NCBI GenBank assembly: GCA_018398765.1 | Contig: JAHBMJ010000368.1 | Coordinates: 1-51,436, forward strand | Length of the DNA stretch: 51,436 nucleotides | Direction of reading: 5' to 3' | Source: Chromera velia | Lineage: Eukaryota | In this document: positions 23,662-36,940 of the stretch, piece after piece | Layout: each line of letters opens with the position of its first letter | Position numbering within the stretch: the stretch's first letter is position 1 | Notes under the pieces: model-generated | Databases searched by the model: none | What the model saw: only the letters and a program-made list of their open reading frames with translations | Told to the model about the DNA's origin: nothing | Position numbers and translations under genes: made by a program

Positions 23662-25742
23662 GGAGCCATGCATGATTCTCCGAAAAGGTGCGTCAGTTGA
23701 GAGGTGGTGCGTGCGTAAGTCTGTCGTCTGAACTTGTCTGCCTCTTATAAGCTCCCTGCAGAATTTGTCCCCACTCCTCTCTCTACCCCCAACTAATCCA
23801 GCAAAGAAAAAAGAACGCCTTGGAAGAACGTACGACCCACAAGAGTGCATTTATGGATGGAGTCAGCTGGCATCAAAGGGAACGCAAAAAGCAAATGGGA
23901 GAGATCAAATGGCCTGCATGCAAGCAGACATACATGCACGCATTCAGAAAGGTTTATGTCTACCTGGTGTGTGTGATTGATTGCAGATCTCTTGAAGGAC
24001 ATCGGCGCGCAATCAGCGCGGGCAAACGGGGGGGAGAAGAGGGGGGGAGAGGTCGGGAGCGCAGTATCAAAAAAAGGGGGTGTACTGAGACGTGCGTGCT
24101 CAGCTTTCTTTCAACTGTCCGGTCCCCTCTTTGTCAATCCTTCTCTTTTCGTCAGCAACGCTACTGCAGAAGCGTCCCCCCCCAGATTTGCACCTTTCCT
24201 TCGCTCTTGCTTCTTTCTTCTCTTATTTCTTGATGAATTGCTCTCCCATCGGCTCGATCATCATATCCTTTCGGCCTTATCTTTCTCTTTTCTCCTTCTT
24301 TTGTGGCGTGCTTTGTGACCACCTGTAAGTGCGTCCTTTCTTTGTGGCTCCCCAGTGGCGGGCAGGAGGTTGCAATGTGGTTTGTTGGGGCGTTGTCTCT
24401 CACATTGAATTGGGGAAGTGGGGAGGGGGGGCAAAACAAGCTGAGTTCGTGGGTGTGCTTGCAATCTCTAATTCATTCTTGAACTGTCTTTGCTCTTCTG
24501 GCGGGCTGCATGCAACAATGAGGGGGGCACTGCAGACGAAATCGAGCGGGGGGTGAGGGAGTGAGGTGGCGTGTCATTAAATGCTGATGGCATGCGTATG
24601 GTCCCTTGAAAGCATGTCAACAAAGCTGCAAAGTCTTGCTTCGTGTTCGAGTATGGTCAGGGAGGGAATCACAAGTATATTGAGCAGAAATCGGACCAGG
24701 AAGGGCAACGTTAGTTAGCGGTCTGCCATGTGAAAGCGTCATCATTTAAAGAAGCCAGAATCTCTTTCGAATCTGATACTTTAACCCAATGCAACTTTTT
24801 GAACGATGGTTTGAATGTTTATTGAACTTTAAATAAAAAATGAAAAATAAAAAAATATATGTTTAGGCTGAGGCTGCTGAGTTCCGCTCGGGCCTTCCCG
24901 CTACTTCCCGCCATGTCTATCCTTACACAAATCATGCTGAATTGTTTTATTATAAAAAAACTGTAATACATTGATACCAATTACCATAGTCCCATTCGTG
25001 ATTTTATATACTTTTAGTATGATTGTGTCTGTACGTACTTAGTAGAGTACTAGAGTACACTACACTAGGCACTAGAACCTAGATTGATTGATTGATTGAT
25101 TGATATGAATAGAACTAGCAATAGAATCAAGGAATTACAGTTAAAAGTAAAACTTTTCGCATTAAAATGTGGCCCTAGCTTAGTAGAGGCAAAGTTATTC
25201 ATTTGAATCTCTATTTGGCTAGAGCCTATATGGCTCACCGGCTTTAACCTCATACATCATTATATATCATTTGAATCTCTATAGCTAATTTAATTAATTC
25301 ATTAATTAGGAGCTAGAGAAGAAGCATTACTTACTAGATCACTCAAATTCACATAAAATTATTAGGACAAAATATAAGATTTAGTATAAGATTAGGATAA
25401 GATGTATGTTCTAGCCCACTTCTGGGAATCGATCCCCGTGGTCCACTGCTAGATCTTCATAAACTTCAAAGTTGGCTAAGTTACACTGGCCCAGATAAAA
25501 AATTAGACTTAAAATGACATTTACCGTTTCTTGCGCTGCATACTTGTTTGCAGGTCGGGCCGCGGCTGCCAGCCTCCGGGGCTGCATGGTGAGTTAGTGA
25601 ACATAATTTAGTATTAATTTAGTGTACGCCTAGGCTAAAACTTTATCTCCATATTGAATCATTCATGATTCATACACCATGACGAGAGACAGCGTTGTCG
25701 AGAGTCGAACCCTAGGTCGAACCATACGGGCAATGCATGCTG

Positions 25743-27039
25743 TCATTCATAATACACAGAATTGCTATTATACCAAGCGACAAGGCGCTGTGCAAGCGCT
25801 TTTGCACTTACACGATCTGGCGCACGGAGCCGAAGAAGCAGACGCGGTAGACGCCACACAGGACCTTCGTTGAATTCGTCGCGCCGACCTCTCTTCTTTC
25901 CGGACCCTGATTTACTGCTCTTGCGGGTGCGCTGTGCTATGCTTTTTCCGGACGCTCTGGATTGAGTTGGGGGTGTGAAGCCCCCAACATCAAACAGAAC
26001 TAGATCTCCCAAACCTGCAATGTCTCTAAAGTCTACTGAAGAGAAAGATTCACTCGCGTTTTCTTCTTCTTCCTCTTCCTCGTCTTCCTCCTCATCCTCT
26101 TCCATCCCCCACTCGCCACGATCACTTACAAAAGACAAACCTCCCTCCTCTCCTTCTGCCGTGCCCTCGGCCTCTGTCATCTCGAATTCCACCGGGGAGA
26201 GGGGGAACAGAGAGACGTCATCCCGCACATCCTCAGCGTTTCGTTTGGCCTCCAGAAACTCCGACACAGTCAGCGCATACCAGCCGCCACCAGCCGACCC
26301 CATGGTGCTCTCCTGAGGGACCTCAGGTTCGCACCCCTCTGCACTGGCCTCGTCGAGGAAGGACTGCACACACTTGTTTGTAACACACAGAAAGAAAGAC
26401 AGACTGAAAGGGAGACTGGCAAACTGGAAGGTCAGGCAAAGAGACAAGTAGGGAGATGTAAGCAGAGAACGGAGGGCGGAAGTGGGGGAGAGAAGGAAAG
26501 GCAGGGAAACGAAAGACCGAAGCTACCAGACGAAAGGAGAGGGAGAAAGAAGAAAATCAGACAGAGAGGTGGACCGACGGACGGATGGACAGGAAGACAG
26601 ATGACTGGTCCTTTCCCTACTCCATACATACATACATACACACACACACATACGTGTATGTGTACATACGGGCCGACGGGCAGACTACATGTTCTTTCTC
26701 CTCCCTCCTTTTTCTAGGCAGACAGACAGACAGGCCGACACATAGACGCACAGAGAAACAGACCTGCACAAGCAGATTCAGAAGGGGTTCCCCAGGCTTT
26801 CTGCAAATGCGACAAGAAAAACAAACAAAACAAACAAGATATGGAGGCAGGAGAGTTCACAAGGGCACAGGAGCGCGACAGATGAAGGGGAAAATATTTC
26901 GCGCAAAAAGCCGTCCAGACCATGAAATTATCTGCAATACCGAGAGGCAGACAGACAGACAGACAGAGAGACAGACTATATCGTCTTTTCTTTCCCTTTT
27001 TTTTCTCCTTCTTCAGACAGACAGACAGACAGACAGACA

Positions 27040-27132
<93 letters not shown>

Positions 27133-28863
27133 TGCTATGAAAACAGAGAACTTCACTTCACACAAACCAGCGGACAACAGAGGTCACTACGTGCGACCAA
27201 AAAGAGAAGAGGACCAACAAAAACAAGGCAGCGTCCCCAGCCGGATCTAGCCTCACCGTCTCAGTGGAGAGAAATCGACCAGGACGATTTCCGGATCACT
27301 CTCACTACCAGATCCCTGCATGAATGTATTGATTCACCTTCATATCATCATGCACATTCTTTCCGGTTTTTCTGTAAAAGCACACAGAGGCAAGAAGAGA
27401 GGGCATCCCAAAACGTTCGGGGCTCAACAGGGGCCGCATCCGACGGCAATACTCCTTCGGTGTCTAGAGACTCGTGCACACCCACAGGCACAGACACGCT
27501 CTTCGATACGACTCAGTCGCACCTCCCCCTTGCGCACAATCATAATTACAAATGTGCAGGGCGCGCTGTCGAAAGCGAGTGAAATGCAAAGACCCGAAGC
27601 GGCCATGGCCGAAGTTCGGGACCCCTCGCCTCTCCTCTCCTCTCCATACCGTTCACAGGCACCTTTAGATGCCATGGGTGAGCTGGCTCTATTTTCTTCG
27701 CCAGATAAAGCGAAAGAGAGAGAGGGGAGGAAACGAGAAGGAGACGGACCAAACTGACCTTCTGTACAGCGATCCACGGTCGTCTCTTTGCATCACACCA
27801 CTGTCGAAAGGTGTTATTCAGGGGACTGTCCTTTCGTTCTCTGGATGGAGGAACAGGAACACACGCACACACAGAGAAAGAAAGAGAGCCGCGTTACCTT
27901 CCAGGTCACGCTACTGAAACCTTCACGCCACCGTCGCTATGCTTGCCCCATTCCTATCTCTACATGGACACTAACTGTGTCTGTCTCCTGTCACATGTGC
28001 ACCATCTTCGTTGCGCCTGCCCCTCTTCCCGCTGTTTCTATGGATAGGTATGTTCCTTCCTTGTGTCATACTTGCACCCCCTTTTCGCGAGCTTCTTCAG
28101 ATGCAGAATATCCAGAGGCATTTGCCAAGGGAAGTGGACTTCTTTTTCAAAATTTCTTCATACACACCTTGACACCCCTGTGGTGCTACTGATTTTATCT
28201 TGCCCTCGTCTTCGTTACGTCACTTACTCACATGCATGCTGTAATACTTCACTCCTGGACGGCCGCATGAGTGCAGCTCCCTGACTGACTTTCTGTAGCC
28301 TGTTCCACGGGTCTGCAGGAAGCAGAGCTTCTTTGCAATGTCAAACGACACCCTCTCGTCCCTGTTCAGCCGGTGAGGGACCAGACGAGATCCCGTGCCC
28401 CGCTGACGAGCGCCTTGCCCTGCGGCAAGCAGCAATCAAAACATGCAACCACACATCTGTCTGCAACATGCACGAATGCATCCGTCTACGCCGTACCAAA
28501 CGACACCAGCGTGCGTCTATTCGGCAGCGTCATAGACTTGCACATACCTCTGGAGATTCTTTCGACGTCATCTACCACAGCTCGGAAATTTGTTTCCTTT
28601 GCAAACTGGAGACGGCCCCGGAAAGTGTGTCTTCCATCGTCCGCCGTCTCCTCAGATTCGTGCTCAACCTCAAGCCCCCCAGCCCCCCAATCCGATTCAA
28701 AAGACGACAAAGAGACCAGTGGGCGCATTCGACGACTCTTCCAGTACGGGCAAGGTGCCGCAAGGTAGGTGAAAAGAAGAGGGGTGGGTGCACCCAGTTG
28801 ACAGACTGATCGCGCATGTACGAGCTGCAGGAGACAGCCAAGCAAAGCAAACCGCTTTACCAT
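25743..28863 (-). CDS. Uncharacterised protein with signal and transit-like presequence (probably plastid-targeted), 6 exons, ~414 aa
   Basis: Exons: 28863-28548 (alternative ATG 28908), 28419-28290, 27840-27759, 27315-27257, 26800-26764, 26363-25743 (1245 nt, in frame). N-terminus MVKRFALLGCLLQLVHA. Basic core GQGARQRGTGSRLVPHRLNRDER...RGTGYRKERKDSPLNNTFRQWCDA, then an acidic low-complexity tail. Confidence 0.8.
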
Positions 28864-29278
28864 GGCATTGAAACTTTTCCCACACAATCTCAACACAGCG
28901 ATGCACATACTGCAGACAGAGATTGCTCTGCGGAATTAAATGGAGAACAAATCAAACCCTCGGATGCGATAGGAGAGAATCAGCCGAAGCCAGGTTCCTC
29001 AGCGGGCCGGGGTCCAACCAACGGCCCCGCCGAAAGCCCCCGGCCGTCGAGCCGCCGTCTCCTTTCAAGATCTGTGAGGGGCATCTCTCTCGTTGCCAGG
29101 TCCTCCTTTCATGCAGACTTTTGAAAGCACGGCAGAATCCTTCGAGTCAACCACCCATCTCAGAGCAGACCAAAAGTGAGAGGTGAACTGCAGAATTTCA
29201 TTGAGAGGGGGGCGCTTCAAGGTCAGTTACCTGAAGGGAGACAAGCAACGAGCAGGAGACGGCCGGGAGAAGAAAGAG

Positions 29279-30743
29279 ATGTTTCAGCGGAGTCCGGCTT
29301 TTATCGCGCTTCTAGCACTTGCTCTGTCGGCATGCTTTGCAGCTGGATTTTCCGGCAACCTTCGGAGGGTAGCACCTTTTCGGGTGCCGGCTCACTCCCC
29401 GTCTGTCGAGAGTCCTCGAAAGGAGACGGCAAAGTCGTTCGTCCGTCTCTCGGCAGACGCGAGGAGTGGAGCCTCTACTGTCGAGACCGTGGATGCCGGA
29501 GACGGCAAAAGAGCACGGACCAGAAACATGCGCGGATTTCTGGTGAGGCCGGCAGCGGCTGTCGAGCAAGGAGGGGGGTTTTTCATTCCTGGTCTCGAGG
29601 GCTGGAGACTGAACGTTGCCTTTCCTCTTGGAATTTTTCTCTTGGCGACCGTCAACCATGTGACTTCTTTGGACTACCCTGATGGTCAATTAATAAGTGA
29701 GGCAGTTGTCAGTCTTGCTGGGCTTGCATTGATTCTGCAGGGGTTGGCAGTGAGGGAAGAGGAGGAGAGGGAACGACAGAGACTGGACGATATGTCGGTG
29801 ACACAAAGAGTTTTGTTCTCGCCAATGGAGGAGGGAGACAGCCCCAGTCTCTCTGACAGTGTGAAGGACAGAGACAAACTAGAATGGGCTGCAGATGCGT
29901 TGACGAGCATCTACCCTGGAGTGGCTGTGACTTTCCTCGAAGGAGACGGCCGTCTCCTCTTCCATGTGGGGGACTATGTGGAAGAGGAGAGGGAAGAGCT
30001 TGAGAGATGTTTGGGGGATGCCGGACTTTTGGCATCTCTGACTAGAGACATAAAGGCAACATTAGAAAAAGGGGGGCAAAAGAAGGCGTACATCGACCTG
30101 GAGGAGTCAGGTCAGACTTGCGAGAACACGGATTCGTTCCATCCTTCCTTCCTTCCCTCCTTCCCTCCCTTTCTTCAATCCTTTTTTCCTTTCTTCCCGC
30201 CTCCTATTCTCTTGTTCTTTTTTTCTTCTGTCGTTCCTTGCTACGCTGCTACATTCATTGATATATTCTCACTCATCCATCCATCCATCCATCCATCCAT
30301 CCATCCATTCATTCATTCATTCATGTGGAAGGGATTCAGTGGACCCAACGTCGAGAAATAAGGAAGGAAGGAAGGAAGGAAGGAAGAAAGGAAGAAACGA
30401 GGAAAGGAAGGAAGGAAAGAAGGAAGGAAGAAAGGAAGAAAGAAAGGAAGGAAGAAAGAAAGGAAGAAAGGAAGAAAGAAAGGAAGGAAGAAAGGATGAA
30501 AGGAAGAAAGGAAGATATAGAAGAAAGGAGGGAAGGAAGAAAGAAAACAAGCAAGCAAGAAATGTCTGTGAGCGCACGTTCTGTTGGCTTCGCACTAGTG
30601 CCATGTAGCATGAATTCTCCGTCTCTCGCGAAAGCAGTTAGCGCGTTCGTAGCCACCCTGCAGTCCCATGCAGGAAGGATCCTGGCTACCTTTCCCGACC
30701 CTGCATTGCATTATGAATTCTCACTTGCCTTATGAATATACGT

Positions 30744-30778
<35 letters not shown>

Positions 30779-31132
30779 CGTGTGTGTATGCGCGTGTGTA
30801 TGCGCGTGCGCTTTGTGTGCTTCTGTGCAGGGCCGCAAGTGGCGGGTGTGCAATCGTACCTGAAGAGAATATTTCCTCGCACTGCAAGATGCGCTGTGTT
30901 GATGTCCATTGGAGCGGGCTCTTCTTCTTCTGAAGGAGAAATCTCGGCCAAAGCGCGGGAAACTGGGTGTCTGGTGGCTGTGGGGTCCTTTCGGTCCCGT
31001 GAGGAGAGCATTCTTTTAGAGAGCAGGAGAAAGGGGGGAGAAGGACAAGGGGGATGGAGTCAGTCTGATGGAAAAGAGTGGGTTCCGCCCGAGTCACGCT
31101 ATTTAGACGCTGTCCGTTCTTTCGTTCACTAG
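29279..31132 (+). CDS. Plastid-targeted membrane protein, CCB2/CCB4-like (cytochrome b6 heme ci attachment), 2 exons, ~377 aa
   Basis: Exons 29279-30110 and 30831-31132 join in frame. Signal peptide MFQRSPAFIALLALALSACFAAGF is followed by a basic S/R-rich transit region. Then FFIPGLEGWRL, TM ending VNH, QLISEA, a second TM, and LEWAA, which resembles my recollection of the CCB2 pattern. The family call needs an HMM check. Confidence 0.65.
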
Positions 31133-34009
31133 TCCATTCATTAGTTACATGGTCAGTTCATCTGTTAAAAAATAATGTATTCGTAGATGTAACTATATTC
31201 ACATATTAAAAGATCTAAACAGGCAGTGTTATAAGAGATTATGACAAGGTTACATTAGGTGCTACTAGGCTATACTAGTTTAATTTGGCGTCATAAGGGC
31301 CAATGATACTAGCAATGATAAGGCCTTAAGCACTGATAGGCAGTAAACAAATCATGCAAACTGAGATAGATTTATATTTTTTTTTGGTGAATTAATTCAA
31401 TGAAAATTTAGATATATTTCCAGAGATAAGGTCAGTATGATTGATGCGTACTGTTAGACCGTGTACTGTGTTGTAATTTGTTAGTGTCTTTCTGGAACTG
31501 CTTGCGTGCACTAGTCCGTGTGAGCCTCGTGGTGGGGCACATTCATAAATATAATTGTTTTGATTTTTGTCACATAATTTTATGGTTGTTGTACGTTGTT
31601 GTCCCGTATATATAAAATAACGAGATCTATCCTACAGTGTATTTAGCTAGTTAAAAACTAGTTTTTCACTGTTGTATCAATCCCGGCGATCCACTTTCTC
31701 CGCAGACCTGAATTACCGTGAGATCTTTAACGTGAATATCGTCATCTACCCCTAGCTACACTTTATCAGTCGTATCTCGAAACGTGTTAGGCTATGTACA
31801 ATATTTTAAGATTTTATTATTATTGTTTATTAAATGACTGATAAACGTTTTTAAAAAAGATTATTTAAAGATGTATAATGATACATACTGTGGATAACAT
31901 ACGACGTAGCATAACATACATAGCATTGCATTGATTATTTTTTGACGCAACATGAAGAAACGGAGGGAAAACCAGATTTTTTGAGTGAATTAATGCATGC
32001 TTTTTTCTTCATTCTCCTTGTCCATGAGAGAAAGCAGGTCCCTAGACGACAATGACTGACTTGGGACCTTACTCAGCAGCCAGACTATGCACACCTAACG
32101 AGTCAAGTGTCATCTCGTCCTCCGAGTCGTTGAATTCTATTCCTGCTCTGCACTGTGGCTTGCGAGAGTCAGAGAGTCGCAGGTGTTGAGGATAGAGACA
32201 CAGATCTGTGCGGAAACTGCCCCCTCTCCATTTTTGATGAAATTTCCTTCCCCCCTCTCCTCCTCTCCGTGTGAGAGATGGTGGCCATCATGGTGCAGTG
32301 CATGCAAGCAACACTTTGTGAACGTACGCTGCACGTCACATCAAAGGGAGAGAAGCTGCAGCCCCTGCCTCCAATATCTTCTTTCTCGTTGAGCGTCTGA
32401 CCCATGAGCAGACCGTGCTACAGATGCCTAGAACACACACGCAGCCATACGCAGCCCCCCCAACCATGCATGCGCAGAGCTGACTGAGTCTTCATTCGCA
32501 GCAGCGTAGGCATGCATGCAGAAACCAAAAACAGCACGATCCTTTACAAAGAGCCGACAAGCCCCCTTGAGAGCAAGCACCCATGACAAGGGGGACAGGC
32601 ATGCCTACATCGGCCGACACGAATCTCACGTTAGAAACTTAAAATAGGAGGGGGAAAGGAGAAGAAGAGAGAGCGGTCAGGGAACAGAGCCGTATGGAAA
32701 CGAAACAAAGAAACTTTAAGCCGGAAAACAGAGACAGACAGAGAGTGTGAGAGAGAGACGGAGAGTGAGAGAGCAAAGAAGAAAATTCTTGCATCCACGC
32801 GGTCATCGATCACTTTCTGATTCTCTTCTCCATCGATCAGTTTTGGGAAGCCAGAAGAGACTCCAAATATAACATTCCATGAAACAACGAATTAAGCGTG
32901 CCACCACTTCGATCTACCTTTCTTTTGTTTCTCTTTACTCTCCACTTCCGCGCTTGTTGCCTCAGGGAAGAACATGCAGGCAGACACGTACGTGAACATA
33001 CAAACAGGCACAGAAGGAATCCCCCCTCCCCCTCCACTTTGTTGCCCTGTCTTCCTTGCCCATTCTTCTTTTTCTTCTTCTCTCTCTCCAATTCCCGGCC
33101 TTGTCAGGACTGAGTCTCTCAGGAGGCCTCCATGCAGGTCGTCTAAATTGATGCATGGAGGGGGGAGAAGAAATGTGTGAACTGCTACAAACAGAAAAAC
33201 AAGTCATGCATGCATCCATGCACAAGTCGGCCCTCTTCGACTTCCTTCTTCATCATCTTAATTTGAAGGGAGATCCGTCCAGCCGAGGAGACGGAGAACT
33301 ACATACTGCAGACAGGTTCACAAGACGGGGACAAACCATCTCTGTCTGCCCCGTTCTGTCCATGCTTTGATCCTTCTCCGCTAGAGATTCCCAACGCCCT
33401 TCCCTTTCTCAGTGAAATTCTCATGTCCCACTGACGACTGTATTGTTCCGTGCACTTTCAATCACAGAAGACCGAAATCAGCCTCCCTTCCGGCCGTTCG
33501 TCTTCTTTCGCATATTGAAATTCCCTTTCCCTCCCCCCCCCCGGTTTCAGACCTCTCCTCAACCGGTTGACAGGTGTTTCAGTACGGTCACTTCCCCCCT
33601 CCAAAACGCCTCTTTCCCTCACCCTGTCCGTCCTTCGGCGGCTCTTCAGGCCGTGGAGGCCCCGCCGGCCCCCAACCGGATCCCCTGTGCTTCGGGGAAA
33701 ACCCTGGAGGAGGCGCTGTCTGCCTCGCCGCGTCCGCCCCGAAGTTCCTCCTGTCGACCTCCTCCCGCGTCTCCGTGTTGCCCCTCAACTCCTTCTGCCG
33801 CCGAGCCATTGTATCCAGCCGTGCACTCTGTCTCGGGTGCACGGCGGGGGGGCGAGGGGAGAGGAAACTATCCTCCAAAGTCCTAGTGCTCTCAATAAAA
33901 GAGCGTTGGAGGGGGGCCCGAGATGGAGCCCCGAGAGGCCCTGGGGTGAAAAGGGACAACAAACGCCTTGGCTGGGCCTGAGAGGGAGGCGGAGGACAAG
34001 GGAAAGTCA

Positions 34010-34172
34010 GGGCCCGACGCAACCTGCTGGGGGGACCGGGGAGGGCCCAACGCAACCTGCTGGGGGGGCCGGGAGGGCCCGACACAAGCTGCTAGGGGCA
34101 CCGGGAAGCGCCCGACGCAAGCTGCTAGGGGGACCGGGAAGTGCCCAATGCAACCTGCTGGGAGGACCGGGG
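34010..34172. repeat. Minisatellite, five copies of a ~33 bp unit
   Basis: Unit GGGCCCGACGCAACCTGCTGGGGGGACCGGGGA with variants. On the minus strand it encodes PPRSPQQVASG-like 11-mers. Confidence 0.9.
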
Positions 34173-35849
34173 GGGGGCAGGGGTGCGCAGGGAGAGGGAG
34201 GAGCGCGTCCTACCGCCGGCAGTGGTCGAAGACGGCCCCCTCCCAAAAGGGCGCTTCTGCTGCTGCTGCTTCGTTGGGTGCAGCGGTCTTGCTGCCTCAA
34301 CGATCACTCTGAGAAGACAGTCAGAAGAAGAAGAAGCGAACGGCTGATTGAGCGATACAGCAACATATCAGGCGAAAACGAAACACCAAGTCGAACACAG
34401 TGCCCTTCACACGAGGTCATTGCAGCTAGCAAAGACAGTTGACTCGTAGGACGACTCGCAATTACTTTGATGCAGCCACAAGCGCATCGAGGAATAAAGA
34501 GGGGCAGGAGTTTCGAAAACGTTCACACATGAGCGTATGAAGCACCATGCACGTTCATGAAGCCACCGTCTGCAGGCATGCCTGTAAAGAAACTGCTATG
34601 AGCCGGAGTCGAAAAGAGTCCAAGATCGAGAGATACAACCATATTGACCAGAAAGCACCTGCTGACCTTCTCCCCAGGATCACAGGCGGAGAGGAGATGG
34701 CCCGCGTTGCCGCAGAGGAATCTCGAAAGGTCTGCAAGCAAATTAGTGCAGAGGAGAGGTTGTATCAGAAGGGTTTGAGTATCACGACGGACACGGGCAA
34801 TCGAAAAGGATAAGTAGCATGCGCAGACAAAGGTGGGAAGGCAAGGCAACCGTCATAGAAGAAAGCAGTTGAAAGGGAGAAGGCAGCAGAAAAGAATCAG
34901 CTCGGGAAGCTTGAAAGAGGTAGGCCTCACATAAACACCGACATGCGCACATCAAAGAGCCTTATGCAGATTTGTATGCACGAATAAGGACACCGTTATG
35001 AGGTATTCGCTGGCGGAAGGAGAACGTCATTGACAAACCCACGCATCAAGGCGCGTTTACTTCTTATCAGGAAGTGCTTGAGAAAGAACTGTGACGGGCC
35101 ACGAAGAAAAACATTTTTCCTTCTGGCTTCGTGAGGTCCTCGATTTGACCTGCAAAGCAAAACATATTGCGACGGATGAGCAACACCGACACATATCAGC
35201 CCAGACAAAGAATAGAGCAGCCATGCATGGAGCGTCTGGGAAATATGACCGCATGTGGATGTAGGAATGCACCGGCAAAGACTGCCACACTGAAATTTTC
35301 TTCGTGGCTGCAGCGCTTCCAATTTGTACTCGGGTCTCTACGAAATGATCAGCTAGGAGATTTTGATGAGAGCTCCCGGTGTGAAAAAGGAATTAAAAAA
35401 CCGAACCAAGACATGCAGCCATGCACCTATCCCTGACCGCTGGGCTGACCATATCTCTGGAAAGCGGCACGGATGTCCGCTTCCTTCGTGCCTTGCTTGA
35501 TTCTGCCTGCAAGTTTGCAGAGAAATGAAGGACTTTTCACGTGAATCCATGTGCAGCTATGAGTACAAGGCAAGAGGAAGGCATCAACTATCCGCATGCA
35601 GCAAGTCTGCATGCGGCATCGTGGTACTACAACGAACGCTCGAACGAACGAAAACCCTTTATCAACAACTGCTGTACATGGAGGCCTGGCCGGAGGTCAT
35701 GCTAACTTTCCTTTCTCTCCCATTCAAAAAACTTTTCGCAGCTGACCGATAAAGACTCTGCTGCATGGAGTCCCCTCCATGCAGTGGACAGTCCGACTCG
35801 TGCCAGTATGGCCCACAACCGCCAGCGCCGCCAACACAACCCAAAAGAG
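34125..35849 (-). CDS. RRM-domain protein (spliced), possibly the 3' part of a decaying gene
   Basis: Exons 35849-35747, 35506-35450, 35149-35100 (or 35103), 34731-34667 and 34308-34125 give SRVFIGRIKQGTKEADIRAAFQRYGQIEDLTKPEGKMFFF(V)TFRDSSAATRAISSPPVILGRRVIVEAARP, with RNP2, RNP1 and the terminal strand. The 5' end is uncertain. Confidence 0.8.
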
Positions 35850-36262
35850 CTGCAAGTCACAAATCATGGATGACGCGCTTTGAGTAGGTCTCGTACGTAC
35901 GGGCAAAGAGGCAGACGCGAGCAGTCTCACAGTCGGACAGTCAAAGAGAGTAAGGATGGTGGCACAGACACAAAGAGACGCTGGCTCCCACACTTGCATG
36001 GAGTCACTGAAAAAGAATCCTCTCAAATCAATACAATAGGAAGCCCGTACTCTGCGCTGCGATGCCCTCGATCGGATTAGCAGCAGAATAACCGAACACA
36101 CAAGAACGAGCAAGAGACAGAGAGCGACAGAGAGGGAGAAAGCAAGAAAGAGAGGCGCCGCGAAAAAAGGGGCTGCCAGGGAGGAAGAAGGGAGGGAGGG
36201 ACAGAAGGAGACTCCACGAAAAAAAAATATGAAACACACAGGGAAAGGAAAGGATGTGGTAC

Positions 36263-36864
36263 CGCGGCTGCCCCATCCGAGTACCTTATAGTACGTAACT
36301 GCTGGAGAAAGATCGATCGAGAGTTTCCAGCACGACGGGAAGAGCCTGTCAGTGAAGTTCTTTCCTCCATTTTTTTCAGAGATTTGCGTGCCTGCCTGCC
36401 TGCCTGACTGACTGACTGACTGACTAACTGACTGACCCCAATTGCCTCCTGAGCTCCGGCAGGACGCTCAGAGGTGACGGTGCAGGTCATTGAGGCACCG
36501 GAGCCGGAGGCAGTGGAGCCAAGGGGGCATGAGTAAGAGGGCACAAGATGCTGCCTCGTCAGAGTGAGGGTCTGGGGGACAGCGCCAAACTCAGGGAATC
36601 CGATCTGGGAGGAGACGGAAGGGAATTAAGGGAAGGGAAACAAAGGGAAAAGAGAACAGTAAAGAGTTGCTTGTGCAAGACGGTGATGCCATTCATGACA
36701 ATAGTTCTCTCTGTCCCCACAGCCCCTATACCAGAGGTATCTATCTACCTGCTTCGGTTTCACCAGACAAAATCAATCAGACAGCCTCTGTGCAAGACAT
36801 TGATTGATGCCTTTACCTTCCGTCCCAGAGTTGGTCAGAGGGGTCCGGAGGACCTCTCTCTATC

Positions 36865-36940
<76 letters not shown>

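Noticed and set aside
30258..30735. ORFs translating as KEGRKE, SFLP, CVCV or THTH runs (also ~19050, 27000, 36900, 39770-40190, 50700)
   Set aside because: Translations of intronic microsatellites.
32137..33370. Possible exons between the CCB-like gene and the RRM tail
   Set aside because: I could not build a consistent spliced frame or recognise a domain.
34010..34172. 33 bp repeats as a possible CRISPR array
   Set aside because: The units are contiguous with no unique spacers, no cas genes are present, and the context is eukaryotic.
35761..35784. Hairpin CTGCATGGAG-TCCC-CTCCATGCAG
   Set aside because: A single 10 bp stem inside a coding exon, built on the common TGCATG motif. Plausibly chance.
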